The notes beneath the pieces were generated by a model. It was not told the DNA's origin and did not search any database. It saw only the letters and a list, made by a program, of their open reading frames with translations. From the IMG/VR virus record IMGVR_UViG_3300020037_004820: a stretch of DNA of 64,000 bases. One strand, 5' to 3'. This document shows positions 1 through 11,614 of the stretch, one piece after another. How positions within the stretch are numbered: the stretch's first letter is position 1; each line of letters opens with the position of its first letter. This DNA comes from a virus (taxonomy: Duplodnaviria; Caudoviricetes). Made by a program: the position numbers and the translations under genes.

Positions 1-2
1 AA

Positions 3-845
3 TATACATCACAAAGCTATTATAAAAAATCATTTTCTATGAGAGGTACTCAATATTGGTACAGTCGTCCTTGTATCGAAGTAAGATGGCAAGATGCCCA
101 ATTTGACGACAGAAACAATTCCTACATAAGTGCAGCATATGCTCCGGGTTCCGACAACTTGAACACCCTCTATTTGTACAATAAGGTAAGAGGGCAGCTT
201 GTTGACATTCCAAGCGTTGGACAAGGAAACATTTATGTCTCATTGTTTACTGGAAATGTAGCAACTCAAAGTGCATATAATTCAAATGCTACCGGAACTT
301 GGGTATCGACGGGTATATATAGAGCACAATTTTATTCTACATTTACAGGTACATTATATGATTTTTGGCATAATAACAGTCCTGTACAAATACCAACCAC
401 TGTTTTCTTCTCGTCTTCTATTAAAATGAAAAATTTCTTAGAAGATTACCATACAAATAATGATGAATTTATTTTATCTATGCCAAATATTCGGGACTTT
501 TATCATATGAATGATAAAGTTAGATTAGATTTATCTATAAGAAAACGTGCATGGAAAGCTAATATTTATACAACAATGACACAAGAACAAACAAGAGAAT
601 ATATCAAAAAAGCGTATTACCAAATAAGAAGAAGTTTAGATTCAAAAATAGTCATAGATTATGGAACTGGATCTACATATCATACCTTGTTATCATATGA
701 TAAAGATGGAAATTATTTCAATTTGAATATGAACTTGTTTGAACCAGATTATCAATACGAAATATCTTATATTTTCGATATTGAAGGTAAAAAAACTCTT
801 CAAAAAGATAAATTCAAGTTTAGAGTTCAAAGAGAAATTGTTTGA
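3..845 (+). CDS. Virion structural protein (baseplate/tail-associated), 5'-truncated by the window edge
   Basis: Frame is open from nt 3 (YTSQSYYKKSFS-MRGT...), so the ATG at 39 is probably internal; beta-rich; heads the structural cluster. Confidence 0.55.
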   Translation, partial: YTSQSYYKKSFSMRGTQYWYSRPCIEVRWQDAQFDDRNNSYISAAYAPGSDNLNTLYLYNKVRGQLVDIPSVGQGNIYVSLFTGNVATQSAYNSNATGTWVSTGIYRAQFYSTFTGTLYDFWHNNSPVQIPTTVFFSSSIKMKNFLEDYHTNNDEFILSMPNIRDFYHMNDKVRLDLSIRKRAWKANIYTTMTQEQTREYIKKAYYQIRRSLDSKIVIDYGTGSTYHTLLSYDKDGNYFNLNMNLFEPDYQYEISYIFDIEGKKTLQKDKFKFRVQREIV

Positions 846-855
846 GGGTAAATAA

Positions 856-3800
856 GTGAGCATAAAAGAACTATTCGATTCTGAACAAAAAGTTGGAACA
901 GTGATTTCTAAAAAATCATTATCTGATCTTACATCTTCGTATTTAATACAAAGTCCAGGTGTATTATCTGCTTCATATACAAAATATGATCAATTACTTC
1001 CTCATATAGATTTTTCAAGACCAGAGAATTTTGTAAAATACGGGTCGGCTGAAAAGTATTATTCTGCTTCTATTTCTAGAATTGTATATACTTTTCCGTA
1101 TGATGGGTCTAAAAGAGAGAAGCTTAATTGGAGAAATAGCTCTTCTTATTTAGATAATTATCTTTTTGATGAAGAATACCCAAAACATACAGGATCTATA
1201 ACTATAGGAACAAGTTTTGGAACAGCGTCTGTTAATAGCAGCGGGTATTATACTACGCCAGGAAGACTGGAGTATATTAAAGTAGGACCAGGGTTATCTT
1301 ATGGATCTATATATTCGTCCTCAGACAGAAACTCAGCTTTATCGTTTAATAGTGAAAATGGATTTTGTATTGAATTTTGGATGAAACAAGATCCTTGGAG
1401 TGCAGATATAGCAACTGCATCATATCAATGTATTTTTGACATTGGTGCCCGAGTAGCCGATATTACTTCTTCTTTAGCCTTTGCTAATCCTGCAAGCGGG
1501 TATAGAATTTCTGTTGTTGCAACAGGTACAACTTTAGCATTATTATCAGATGATGGAAATGCCGATTCAACTTTGAATTTTTACAATGCGTTTTCAGCAT
1601 CACAATGGAATCAATTTGCATTAAATGTATTTTCAGGTGGCTCTGTAGATATATGGAAAAATGGTATTAAACAAATTTCATCATCTTCTCTTGATTACGG
1701 AACTTTTTGTGAATGGCCCTATATTCCTGTCGATTTAAGGTTTAGTGGAACTATTGGAGCTTTTTCTAGTATTCCAGGCACATGGTTGGATGGAAATGTA
1801 CAATTAGGATGGAATAAATTTTCAGGTTCTATTGATGATTTTAGATTTTGGAGACGTTCAAGAACAGATAAGGAACTTGCATCAAATTGGTTCCACAGTG
1901 TTGATGGAGGATATGAAACTGATACTGAATTAAATCCAGATATGGGATTTTACTATAAATTCAACGAATATACAACAGGAACAGGTTCGATAGATGCAAC
2001 AGTATTAGATTACTCTGGTAGAAAAAATAACGGTCAATGGATTGGATATTTATCTGGTGCTAGAAGTTCAATAGGAGCAATGTCTAGCGAAGTTAAAGAT
2101 CCTATTCAATTTATCACGTCAGATATAGTTTCAAGTTTTATACAACAAAAATTATCTACAGGAAGCTATTACGATATCCATAATAATGGAGCTATCATAA
2201 ACAATCTACCTTCTTTTATATTAGAAGAAGACTCTAACAATCATTATGTAAATCTAACACAAATTATAGCTTCAATGTTTGATAGATTTTTTCTTCAAAT
2301 ACAGTCTTTAACTTCTCTAAAAGATTCTTCTTATTTTGCTTCTGGATCATTATCATCTGATATAATGCTTAAACTTATAAATTCTAATGGATTACGTTTA
2401 GACAATATTCTAAGTGATTACGATTTACAAGAAATTTTGCAACAAAAAGCCGATACATTTTTGTATGAAAATGATATTGAAAGAATTAAAGAAGTAATTT
2501 ACAAAAACATTTACAATAATTTGGTTTATATATTCAAAGCAAAAGGTACTGAAAAAGCTATTAAGGCTGTTTTTAGATCATTCGGTGTAGATGATGATGT
2601 ATTAAAAATTAAAGGATATGCTAAAGAAGGTGTTATAGAGATAGATGGATCTAAGAGAAAAGATACTGTTCGTAGAAAAAACTTTTTAGATTTATACGGA
2701 TATACTGATCCTAATAATATGAATGGTGTTGTGACTAATGCATATATACCTATTCAAAGTGCTTCATATGCATATTTAACCACTTCGTTAAGTTCTGTAG
2801 AAAAAGTAACAGATTCTTCTAATAAATCTTTAGAATGTTCTATTCTTTTTCCTAAAAAATTAGGATTATCTGATCCTAATCACGTATTTTTAAATCAAAA
2901 TCAATTATCTGCATCTCTATTTGGATTTTACGAGGTAGACCAATCTTTATCTCCTTCTTCTACCGATTTTACATGGCAAACAGGTGGCTATAAATTAAAT
3001 GTATATTCTGTGCAAAAAGATAGATATACTAAAGATGCTAAATTTGTATTTGTAATTTCGGGGTCTACTTTTTCTCAAATATACACTGAAACAATGTTTT
3101 ATCCAGATATCTATGATAATTCAAAATGGACATTTGCTTTTAGAACCTATCATAGTGCATCTAAAGATACTGGACTTATAAATACAGAAATAATTGCTTC
3201 TTCTCATATTAATACGGCAAGTATAGAGTTATATGGTGTTCAAGAAGAAGCTGGAGTTATTATACATTCATTTTCTTTTAGAACGGACATAGCGTATAAT
3301 GGAGTATCAGGAACTGCTACTAATAACCAATATTTATTAGGACAAAAAACTAAACTATATGTAGGAGCAAATAGAACAAACTTTACTGGAACAGTTCTCT
3401 ATCCAACTTATGCAAAATTTATAAATCTAAGATATTGGGATAACATCTTATCAGATGAAGATATTTTAAATCATGCTAAAGATGTTCATAATTTTGGTAT
3501 ACATAGTTCTTCTAGAAATTGGAAAAACTATATAAATTCTATTTGGGATAATCAACCTAGAGAATTTATTCCTAATGCAGAGACTCTATTAGTTAATTGG
3601 GATTTTGAAAACAATTATATACCGGATTCTAATGGGATATTTACTGTTTCCTCATTTAGTTCCGCATCTCAATATACAGCTAATAATATTCAAAGTAATC
3701 AGGAACTTAGAGTTGTAGGCAAGAATTATAGCGCAATAGGCTATGGATTCAATTCAGGTGCTATAGTAATTGATAAAAATTATGCAATAGAACAAAAGAA

Positions 3801-4311
3801 TAGAATTCCTACGGACTATTACGGCTACGATGATATATCATTATTAGATGATTCCGATAAGTATTTTGGAAGGTCTATAAGACCAATTGAATATTTCTAT
3901 ACTATTGAAAATTCTATATATGATGTTATATCTGAAGATATTTTAAATTTCTTTTCATCTATAGACGAGTTTAGCAATTTATATGGATATGCGATTGAAA
4001 GATATAGAACAGAGTATAAATTACTTAGACTTTTTAGAAATATCTTTTTCTCTAAAGTTGGAAATACATCTATAGATATAGATAAATATATTTCATATTA
4101 TAAATGGTTAGATGATGCGATTTCTTCAATAGTTTCTAAATTGTTGCCTGTATCAGCAAATGCAGATGCTAATATAAGAAATGTAATAGAATCTCACGTT
4201 TTGGAAAGAAATAAATATTTATGGAATGCTGAAATTGTAAGACAAAAGCTGATGCATGTAATAGAAGGTTCTGTTAAACCTATTCATTCAAAATTTAATG
4301 TAAACGGCTAA
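856..4311 (+). CDS. Large baseplate/tail structural protein with LamG (concanavalin A-like) domains
   Basis: 1151 aa; LamG-like signatures FCIEFWMK, WNQFALN, FSGSIDDFRFW and a second NLRYWDNILS; KAKGTEKAIKAVFRSFG resembles baseplate-wedge/tail protein I motifs; RBS GAGGG. Confidence 0.65.
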   Translation: MSIKELFDSEQKVGTVISKKSLSDLTSSYLIQSPGVLSASYTKYDQLLPHIDFSRPENFVKYGSAEKYYSASISRIVYTFPYDGSKREKLNWRNSSSYLDNYLFDEEYPKHTGSITIGTSFGTASVNSSGYYTTPGRLEYIKVGPGLSYGSIYSSSDRNSALSFNSENGFCIEFWMKQDPWSADIATASYQCIFDIGARVADITSSLAFANPASGYRISVVATGTTLALLSDDGNADSTLNFYNAFSASQWNQFALNVFSGGSVDIWKNGIKQISSSSLDYGTFCEWPYIPVDLRFSGTIGAFSSIPGTWLDGNVQLGWNKFSGSIDDFRFWRRSRTDKELASNWFHSVDGGYETDTELNPDMGFYYKFNEYTTGTGSIDATVLDYSGRKNNGQWIGYLSGARSSIGAMSSEVKDPIQFITSDIVSSFIQQKLSTGSYYDIHNNGAIINNLPSFILEEDSNNHYVNLTQIIASMFDRFFLQIQSLTSLKDSSYFASGSLSSDIMLKLINSNGLRLDNILSDYDLQEILQQKADTFLYENDIERIKEVIYKNIYNNLVYIFKAKGTEKAIKAVFRSFGVDDDVLKIKGYAKEGVIEIDGSKRKDTVRRKNFLDLYGYTDPNNMNGVVTNAYIPIQSASYAYLTTSLSSVEKVTDSSNKSLECSILFPKKLGLSDPNHVFLNQNQLSASLFGFYEVDQSLSPSSTDFTWQTGGYKLNVYSVQKDRYTKDAKFVFVISGSTFSQIYTETMFYPDIYDNSKWTFAFRTYHSASKDTGLINTEIIASSHINTASIELYGVQEEAGVIIHSFSFRTDIAYNGVSGTATNNQYLLGQKTKLYVGANRTNFTGTVLYPTYAKFINLRYWDNILSDEDILNHAKDVHNFGIHSSSRNWKNYINSIWDNQPREFIPNAETLLVNWDFENNYIPDSNGIFTVSSFSSASQYTANNIQSNQELRVVGKNYSAIGYGFNSGAIVIDKNYAIEQKNRIPTDYYGYDDISLLDDSDKYFGRSIRPIEYFYTIENSIYDVISEDILNFFSSIDEFSNLYGYAIERYRTEYKLLRLFRNIFFSKVGNTSIDIDKYISYYKWLDDAISSIVSKLLPVSANADANIRNVIESHVLERNKYLWNAEIVRQKLMHVIEGSVKPIHSKFNVNG

Positions 4312-4315
4312 TTAC
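4308..4315 (+). promoter_or_regulatory. Putative late-promoter motif CTAATTAC
   Basis: Matches the CTAWTTA consensus recurring before structural genes; begins 24 nt before ATG 4332. Confidence 0.45.
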
Positions 4316-4331
4316 AGCAACGGAATACAAC

Positions 4332-7300
4332 ATGCCTTATACTGACCCAACTGAATCAATCTATAGAGTTTTAGGAGAATATTTACCTCATTATACAGGG
4401 AATATTTCCAATATATATAGAATTGCTAATGTTAAATTATCTGGATCGGTTTTTTATAACGACCAGAAAAATATTGTTTCCAAAAGTATAGGAAATTATC
4501 AAAATTCTTATGAAGTTGTAGAATCTACTGGACGAAGAGATAATAATTTATCTCTTCGTTTATATCCTCTATCTCAAAGCATTTCTATTATTAAACTTGA
4601 TGGGCAAGTTCCTTATACTATGCCTGCACGCCAGTTTAATAAAAACATAATTGCTGTAATCTTTAGTGCTCCAGGCGGAAGCGATGTTGATGCAAATGGG
4701 CAACGAGATCTTGAGGGACTAGAATATTCTTCAAATAATAACATAAATTTTAGAAATGCAATCGTTAGAAAAGATATTAACCAAGATTGGAGAACGCCCG
4801 AAACATCTTCGGCATATACTCGTCATAAGACAGATAAAAATACACATTATAGAATATCTCCAATTACCTTAACATTTGAAACCAAATCCGATAATGGATT
4901 TGTTACGCATTTTGTTCCTTATCATATTGATCAAATAGCTTGGCTATCTCAATCGCTTATGAAAACAGAGGTTCAGAAGAAAAGTCATTATATATATTTC
5001 AATGAACAAACGGGAAGTGAATATGTCTTTACTTCTAGTATGGTAGGAAGTGAATTATCTAATTCATTTGGATCAGATTATTGGAGCATATATGGCTATG
5101 TCCCTTGGATACAAACAAGAGCCAGTGAAAATTGGAGACATAGAGCATTAAAAAATAGATCATATTATTATGTTAATAGAAATGAAAATTCTCAAGAAGG
5201 AAAAAGAGGTGTAAGAGTTGATACAGGTTTATTTATACAATCTGGTACATTTGACTCATCCTCCGAAGGTATATTAATTTTTAAAGAACCTTTGTTGGAT
5301 TTTTCTAATCAGTTATCCTTTATAAAAGTTAAAGATAATATGAAAAAAGATATGATTATAAAGTCTCCTATATATAAATCTATATTCTTTAACGAAGAAT
5401 TGAATAATATATATGGAATAGAAGATTCTATAAAAGATAAAGATAGATTAGCTTCTTTCTTAGAAACACAATATTCTTATATAAAAGGTAAAAAATACCA
5501 AATATATCCTAATCCTAAAGTTGGAGGTTTTCTTAGAACTAGAAAACGTGAAAATTTTATATTTAAAGCATGGAAAGATGATTCATTTAGAACACAATCT
5601 CAAGTATATGGAGGGGCAACTCCAAATGCGGATAATACACGACAAGTTAGAAATTCTGCTATAAAAGGTTACACTGTTCCTAGTTTATATGATTTTAATT
5701 TAACAGGATCTATATGGCCTCTGGATCAATATATTCATCCTACAATGTTTTTGACAGGAAATAGAAGAGTTCAAGGTGAGTTAATGATGACTGTAGGACA
5801 GGATAGTATAGCTGAGCAAGTTTTAACTGTTCAAAGATCTTATATGCCAGTAGTTAGTTATAGATATACAGAAAATACAAATCCTATAAGTGTATTACCT
5901 TGGACGGCATATAGAGCGGCAAAATCGACTCCTTTTAAGGACTCAGAGGATGTATATTCTTTACATACTTCTAGAAAATATTTAAGTTATGGTGTTGTTC
6001 CTGAATTCAATGTGTCTCAGCAAATTACAAGTGGTAATTTTACCCAATTAACAAAATATCTAACTGATAATTCATTTGTATTTATGAATACAGGTTCTTA
6101 TACTGTAAATAAACTAACAGATACATATTCTGTAAAAGATACTTTGCAATTCAATATAAATGCTGTTATACAAACTAGACCTTATGATAATTTTTATCCA
6201 TGTCAATATACATTGGAATGTGCTAAACAATTTTCTGCATCTTTATCAAAAGTTAGTAGTTATAACGCTGCTTTATCAAATTATGTAGGAAGTGGATCTG
6301 CTTTATTATTTGCAATGTTTCCATTTTTTAATCCTGGAATATTATATGCATCTATTAAAGCAGGATTGCCTATGTCTTTCAATTTTAATTCAAATTTAAC
6401 ATCTGGAGACATTTGTGAATTTGAAGAAATTTTTGATCCTTCACGTTTCTTGTTAGAATATACAATCCAAAACAATCATTTTACAGAAACATTGTCTGTG
6501 GATCTATATAAAAATGCAATCCTTAATTTCATGGAAGAAGTTCGATATACATTTTGTAAAAATAATAGTTTAGAATATTTTGAATCAAATAACGATGTAG
6601 ATTTTAAAGTGTTCACATCTGGAACAAATTATATATTAGATGTGGTTTTAGATACAGGGAAATTAGATTTCAGTTCTAGTAATATTTCACAATACGGAAA
6701 AGCTATTATAGGTGGAGTAAATTATATAGGATATTCCCATAATTTATATCCTGCAAATATTCCTCCATGGTGGCCTGGGAATGAAACATCTAATGCAAGT
6801 ATAGGAACTAAAGTTGCTAGAATTTCATTCACTCCAACACTTACTAGAAAATATACTTTAGATGAAATTTTCGCATTATCTTCTGTAACTTTTCATAAGA
6901 GATTAACAGATACAATATCTGTTCCACAATCTTATACAAAGTTAACATCTTCGTTTAATTTATTCGAGAAATCAACGGATAATGATGGAAATAGTAAATG
7001 GAAGATAAAATCTAAATGGGAATTTCCATTTTTAGCTTTAACAGGTGCTATGGATCATTTTAGCAGCGCTTTAACGACTAGACCTATAGAAAATACTTGG
7101 AGTAATAACACAGTAGAATATGCCGGTGGATTATGGCATGATTTTTGTGAAGTTCCGTCTTCTGAACAAGGAATATTTTTATCTCTAAAGGATTTTAATT
7201 ATATATCAGGTAGTACTGCTCTTAAATCTGCTTCTTTGGCAAGACAAGTTGGATTTGATATAAATAAGAAAAAACGAGTTGGGGAATTGAATACACAAAA

Positions 7301-7808
7301 AGAAATTTCTGAATTAATATGTATAGTTCCAATTAATAAACAAGATGATACATTTTTTATCATTAATACACCTATTATGTCTAAAAGTTTATCTACAGAA
7401 TCTGCTTCTATATCTACAACATATCATGAAAATATAGAATTTGCAAAACGTTATATTTTGCCACCAAAATTGGACTATACAATCTCTGGAAACAAACCTA
7501 TTTTAATGTTTTGTACAGAAATATCCGACGTGTGGTCTAAACGAGATTTGTCTTATATATGGCAAAATCTTTTGCCACAAAACGGATTAGATCATAAAGA
7601 GAAATCATTAATTTATGAAGTTAAAGATCAAAAAGATTTAGATATGTTAAAGAATAAAGAGATTTACTTTATGATATTTAAATGTAAACAACGTTCTATA
7701 TCTAATCCTCTAGGTTCATATGGGTACAATTGGCCATTTGATATGTGCAGTCTTGTGGAATTGGCACAAATTGAAATGGTTACAGAAGAAATAGGGATAA
7801 ATACATAA
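4332..7808 (+). CDS. Large virion structural protein (tail/baseplate-associated)
   Basis: 1158 aa, S/T/G-rich, within the structural cluster; C-terminal YGYNWPFDMCSLVEL. Confidence 0.5.
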   Translation: MPYTDPTESIYRVLGEYLPHYTGNISNIYRIANVKLSGSVFYNDQKNIVSKSIGNYQNSYEVVESTGRRDNNLSLRLYPLSQSISIIKLDGQVPYTMPARQFNKNIIAVIFSAPGGSDVDANGQRDLEGLEYSSNNNINFRNAIVRKDINQDWRTPETSSAYTRHKTDKNTHYRISPITLTFETKSDNGFVTHFVPYHIDQIAWLSQSLMKTEVQKKSHYIYFNEQTGSEYVFTSSMVGSELSNSFGSDYWSIYGYVPWIQTRASENWRHRALKNRSYYYVNRNENSQEGKRGVRVDTGLFIQSGTFDSSSEGILIFKEPLLDFSNQLSFIKVKDNMKKDMIIKSPIYKSIFFNEELNNIYGIEDSIKDKDRLASFLETQYSYIKGKKYQIYPNPKVGGFLRTRKRENFIFKAWKDDSFRTQSQVYGGATPNADNTRQVRNSAIKGYTVPSLYDFNLTGSIWPLDQYIHPTMFLTGNRRVQGELMMTVGQDSIAEQVLTVQRSYMPVVSYRYTENTNPISVLPWTAYRAAKSTPFKDSEDVYSLHTSRKYLSYGVVPEFNVSQQITSGNFTQLTKYLTDNSFVFMNTGSYTVNKLTDTYSVKDTLQFNINAVIQTRPYDNFYPCQYTLECAKQFSASLSKVSSYNAALSNYVGSGSALLFAMFPFFNPGILYASIKAGLPMSFNFNSNLTSGDICEFEEIFDPSRFLLEYTIQNNHFTETLSVDLYKNAILNFMEEVRYTFCKNNSLEYFESNNDVDFKVFTSGTNYILDVVLDTGKLDFSSSNISQYGKAIIGGVNYIGYSHNLYPANIPPWWPGNETSNASIGTKVARISFTPTLTRKYTLDEIFALSSVTFHKRLTDTISVPQSYTKLTSSFNLFEKSTDNDGNSKWKIKSKWEFPFLALTGAMDHFSSALTTRPIENTWSNNTVEYAGGLWHDFCEVPSSEQGIFLSLKDFNYISGSTALKSASLARQVGFDINKKKRVGELNTQKEISELICIVPINKQDDTFFIINTPIMSKSLSTESASISTTYHENIEFAKRYILPPKLDYTISGNKPILMFCTEISDVWSKRDLSYIWQNLLPQNGLDHKEKSLIYEVKDQKDLDMLKNKEIYFMIFKCKQRSISNPLGSYGYNWPFDMCSLVELAQIEMVTEEIGINT

Positions 7809-8620
7809 TGGAATTGTTTAATAAATTAGAAGATGTTATATCTTTTGTGCTAACTGGATATGGTAAAGAACAATTAGCCACAGGAACGTTCAATCCTGTA
7901 TATTACGCTTTTTCTGATTCGGATATCTTGTACGATACGAGTTATGCTCCAGTAAGTCCACAAGGTTCTTATCCTGTCAGTTCTAGTCAAAATAGAACAA
8001 TAGAGGATTTAGCTAAAAAAGATAGACCTAAACCTAGCACTTTTCCATCTGTGTCTGAGAACGATTTCGGGGATAATTTTTATAAAGCCGGATTAGTGGG
8101 AACTTCAGAATATGGGAATAACTTATATCCAGCATTTGAAGTAAAACTATATGATGGACAAATATCCGGGTCATATTATTATAGTGGAACATTTTTGAAC
8201 CAAAATATACCTACTATAAATGTAAATATTCAATGTAAATACGATCCAGATACTAAAACATTTAAAAAACACGAAACATTATTTTTAGAGATAAATGAAT
8301 TAAATGGCTTATTTGAAAAAGAAAATTTTGAATATAGCATACTACAACGTTATGACCCTATAGTCCGAACAGGTCCAGTTCCTTTATTTCTATATGTTCC
8401 TGATAAATTATTAGAATTTGTAGATAGAGAAGAAGATTTAGAAAATCAAGAGTTTCCTCCTTTACAAATAGATACAGATTCTCTATCTAATGATAAAGTA
8501 GAATATTGGTTTGATATTGATGTGGACGATAAAATAATTGAACTTTTAGATTTCGAATTATCTGATTCTAATATTTATCTAAGACCTGAAAATATAGAAC
8601 CTAGACCGGAGAATTGTTAA
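7808..8620 (+). CDS. Virion structural protein, N-terminal paralog of 15841..16737
   Basis: VLTGYGKEQLATG..YYAFSDSDILY parallels VLTDAGRQRLARG..KFALADSEIDY; TAATG coupling. Confidence 0.5.
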   Translation: MELFNKLEDVISFVLTGYGKEQLATGTFNPVYYAFSDSDILYDTSYAPVSPQGSYPVSSSQNRTIEDLAKKDRPKPSTFPSVSENDFGDNFYKAGLVGTSEYGNNLYPAFEVKLYDGQISGSYYYSGTFLNQNIPTINVNIQCKYDPDTKTFKKHETLFLEINELNGLFEKENFEYSILQRYDPIVRTGPVPLFLYVPDKLLEFVDREEDLENQEFPPLQIDTDSLSNDKVEYWFDIDVDDKIIELLDFELSDSNIYLRPENIEPRPENC

Positions 8621-10365
8621 TGATTAGAGAATTGGAATTATTTAACACATTAGGATTAGTACCAACTATAACATCGGTTTTTTTAGAGCAAAAAAACCTA
8701 AGTAAAGTCAGTGCTAATTTTCAAATAGATATACCTCTTTCTAAAAATAGAAATCCTTGGATTTTGAATGAAAAGGTTTTAAAATATTTGAATCTTACTA
8801 TAACTTTTTGTACAAATGTTGAATTATACACAATTCTATCATCTAAAACTAATGATTGGACATACAGTTATATTTCTGAAGGCGGATTCATTGAAAATAT
8901 AGATTATGTACAGATAAATAAAAAGTTACAATCTTCTTATTTAAATTTCATTGTCGAATCGGATACTAAAGACAATAAATTGATTAAAACAGGTTTTACT
9001 GAAGATGTTATATTAAATGTGGAATCTTTAAAACACTTTTCTATATTCATTGCTATAAGTTTAGATAAAAAAGAAATAGCAAAGCAATTTGATATAAATG
9101 AAGCAAAATATGTAGATCTTTTAGGTTTTTGTGAATCTGAAGTTTTTATCGAAGACTATAAGGTAGTAAATAAAAACTTAAATGATGTATCTGTTCTTTT
9201 AGATAAAGATTCTTTTAGTTTAAATTCTATAGATATTTCATCTGCTACCTCTAATATTTTATACAATTATAGAGGTACAAAAAGCAGCACATATAGTTCT
9301 GAGCTTTTCTATTCTGTAGGGCGTGATGGAAGAATCATAGGATTTTTTATAACAGATATTATTACTTTATTTAGAAATGAAAGTAGAATAGCATCTTTTT
9401 TTGATAGAAAAGAATTTCTTAAATATTTCTTCTCGTCTGAGACATTGTTTCTTCCAAAAAGAATAACTTTAAAACGAATAAACGAACAAGGAGAACAGAC
9501 GATTCTTTATGATGGAAAATATTCTACAAAAATAGATACTGATAAATGTAAAATAACAAAAAGCCATATAACTTCTGATAAAAAATTATATACAACATTT
9601 TTTGATAAAACATCAGGAGAATTATCTAAATGCTACACTTACTATGTGTATATGACTTTTCAAGATGCTACTTTTAGTTATCTAACTAAAATACTAGAAA
9701 AAATAGACAAACATGCTTTAGATATTTCAAAAATAATAAATTTAGCAAGTAGTGGACGCTATTATGATTCTATTACGAATTCTTTTTCGAATAAATTTTA
9801 TGAAGTTTTAGAATCTGAAAATTTATCCATTAAATCTGTAATTTTAGCTGTATCGGGGATATTTTCTCAATTTATGGATTTAGATTTAAATACTCAAACT
9901 AAAATACTTAATCTATCTAATAGTAAATATCATAATTTCGAAGTATTAGAGCACATATCCGATGTTTTATCCTATTTGCAAGCTCAAATTTCTAGTCTTA
10001 AATTTAGATTATCTCAAACATCTATTTTAGATATTTCTATAGAATGTTTATTCGATACGCAAGTTGATAAAACAATACATTCTAATTTTAGAGAAGAAGT
10101 TATTACAACAATAGAATCTAAAGGGTATCCTGAAATATCTAAAACAGATTTTCTTAAAAGAATTTCCAAAGAAGTTAATAAATATTATAATGTCCCAGAT
10201 ATTTCAAATCCTTTAAAAGTTTCCTATTTTTCTCCAAGTTCCTTCGGGAATAGGAAACAGTTTATAGTTCAGGATACAATAGACTTTTCTAATTTAGATA
10301 AATATAATAAAGCTCTCATAGAAATATATTACACAAATAATGTGGGACCAAAAGATGAGCTATAA
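8614..10365 (+). CDS. Hypothetical protein (probable virion protein)
   Basis: 583 aa ORF in the structural cluster; start may be ATG 8620. Confidence 0.45.
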   Translation: MLMIRELELFNTLGLVPTITSVFLEQKNLSKVSANFQIDIPLSKNRNPWILNEKVLKYLNLTITFCTNVELYTILSSKTNDWTYSYISEGGFIENIDYVQINKKLQSSYLNFIVESDTKDNKLIKTGFTEDVILNVESLKHFSIFIAISLDKKEIAKQFDINEAKYVDLLGFCESEVFIEDYKVVNKNLNDVSVLLDKDSFSLNSIDISSATSNILYNYRGTKSSTYSSELFYSVGRDGRIIGFFITDIITLFRNESRIASFFDRKEFLKYFFSSETLFLPKRITLKRINEQGEQTILYDGKYSTKIDTDKCKITKSHITSDKKLYTTFFDKTSGELSKCYTYYVYMTFQDATFSYLTKILEKIDKHALDISKIINLASSGRYYDSITNSFSNKFYEVLESENLSIKSVILAVSGIFSQFMDLDLNTQTKILNLSNSKYHNFEVLEHISDVLSYLQAQISSLKFRLSQTSILDISIECLFDTQVDKTIHSNFREEVITTIESKGYPEISKTDFLKRISKEVNKYYNVPDISNPLKVSYFSPSSFGNRKQFIVQDTIDFSNLDKYNKALIEIYYTNNVGPKDEL

Positions 10366-11170
10366 GAATGCAATAAAGAGGGCGATACAAATGAGTGTTT
10401 CAACTTTAGAAAAATTAGTAGTTATAATGCATAGATTTGGGATAGATTATAATGAATTTAATCTTAAATTTGAAAATATAGAACATTTAGAGATAAATTT
10501 CAATAATAATGTTATAGATATTCCTGACCCTGTATTATCAACATGGGAACCTTATCATTTAATCTTAGATGACGCTCTACCTATTTCTTCGTCTTATCTT
10601 GGAAATGGAGTATATTCTTATTACAATGATCCAGGTGTTTATCCAATATTATCTGTTCAAAATCCTATAAAAACTGTACAAGGAAGTATAATTTTTTGGG
10701 CATCATCATCTATAGACTTAGGAACATTTGCGTTATTGCAAAATCTTCCCAATTCTTTGGACCCGCAAATTATTGCATTTCCGACATCTATATCTGGATA
10801 TTTAATTAAACCTACAAGTGCTAATTCCCTTTACGAACCTGATACACTTTCTGAAATTCCTTTCGGAAGCTGGGGATTATTCGTCTTAACTCAAGATAAT
10901 TTAGTTCAAAAAATTTATCGAAATAATTTACTTACAGATACTGGATCATCCGCTAATTTAGTGGGAACATTAACCTTCAATTTTTATTCACATATACTTG
11001 CGAACATAGCTTTTACAAATACCGCTTTAACTTCTGAGCAAGTTACTGCCTTATGGAACGCTGGTGTGACTGCTAATTACAAAGATGTTTTAGGGTTTAC
11101 TCCTGAAGCATATTGGAGAAGTGCTCCTTTGCCTGGATCACCTTCTTATATAGCTAATGAGGTATTTTAA
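10340..11170 (+). CDS. LamG-like domain protein
   Basis: GSIIFW...WGLFVLT...KIYRNN...NIAFTNTALTSEQVTALWN is a LamG-type C-terminal pattern. Confidence 0.5.
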   Translation: MWDQKMSYKNAIKRAIQMSVSTLEKLVVIMHRFGIDYNEFNLKFENIEHLEINFNNNVIDIPDPVLSTWEPYHLILDDALPISSSYLGNGVYSYYNDPGVYPILSVQNPIKTVQGSIIFWASSSIDLGTFALLQNLPNSLDPQIIAFPTSISGYLIKPTSANSLYEPDTLSEIPFGSWGLFVLTQDNLVQKIYRNNLLTDTGSSANLVGTLTFNFYSHILANIAFTNTALTSEQVTALWNAGVTANYKDVLGFTPEAYWRSAPLPGSPSYIANEVF

Positions 11171-11613
11171 TGGCAAATAAGAATGAAACAAGAGAGCAAT
11201 TTTTAGAGAAATTATTTTTCGATATATTTCTTACATGTATAGTTTTAAAAGACTCAAAACTATTCAATTTTGAATACATAAAAACAATTACCAAAACAGA
11301 TAATTTACCTATACAAACAACTGCTCTCATAGAATCTTTTAAAAAAGATGCAGAAAAAATGAATTCGATAGAGTTGTCTAATAAATATTTTTTCATTATG
11401 TACATGAATTATCAACATTTATTTCAAATAGAATATTTTGATGATAAACTTCAAAAATGGAATTTATTAACGGAACAAGTTTTGAACACTCTCCCTGATG
11501 TTAAAGTATTATGCAGAGTAGTATCTTTTATCAATGAAGAACTAAGTATAGTAAGAAGTGAAAGTATAGATATAGAATTAGTTAATCAATATTTTATACT
11601 TAGTAACCAATAA
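11170..11613 (+). CDS. Hypothetical protein
   Basis: 147 aa, TAATG-coupled, RBS GAGG. Confidence 0.5.
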   Translation: MANKNETREQFLEKLFFDIFLTCIVLKDSKLFNFEYIKTITKTDNLPIQTTALIESFKKDAEKMNSIELSNKYFFIMYMNYQHLFQIEYFDDKLQKWNLLTEQVLNTLPDVKVLCRVVSFINEELSIVRSESIDIELVNQYFILSNQ

Positions 11614-11614
11614 T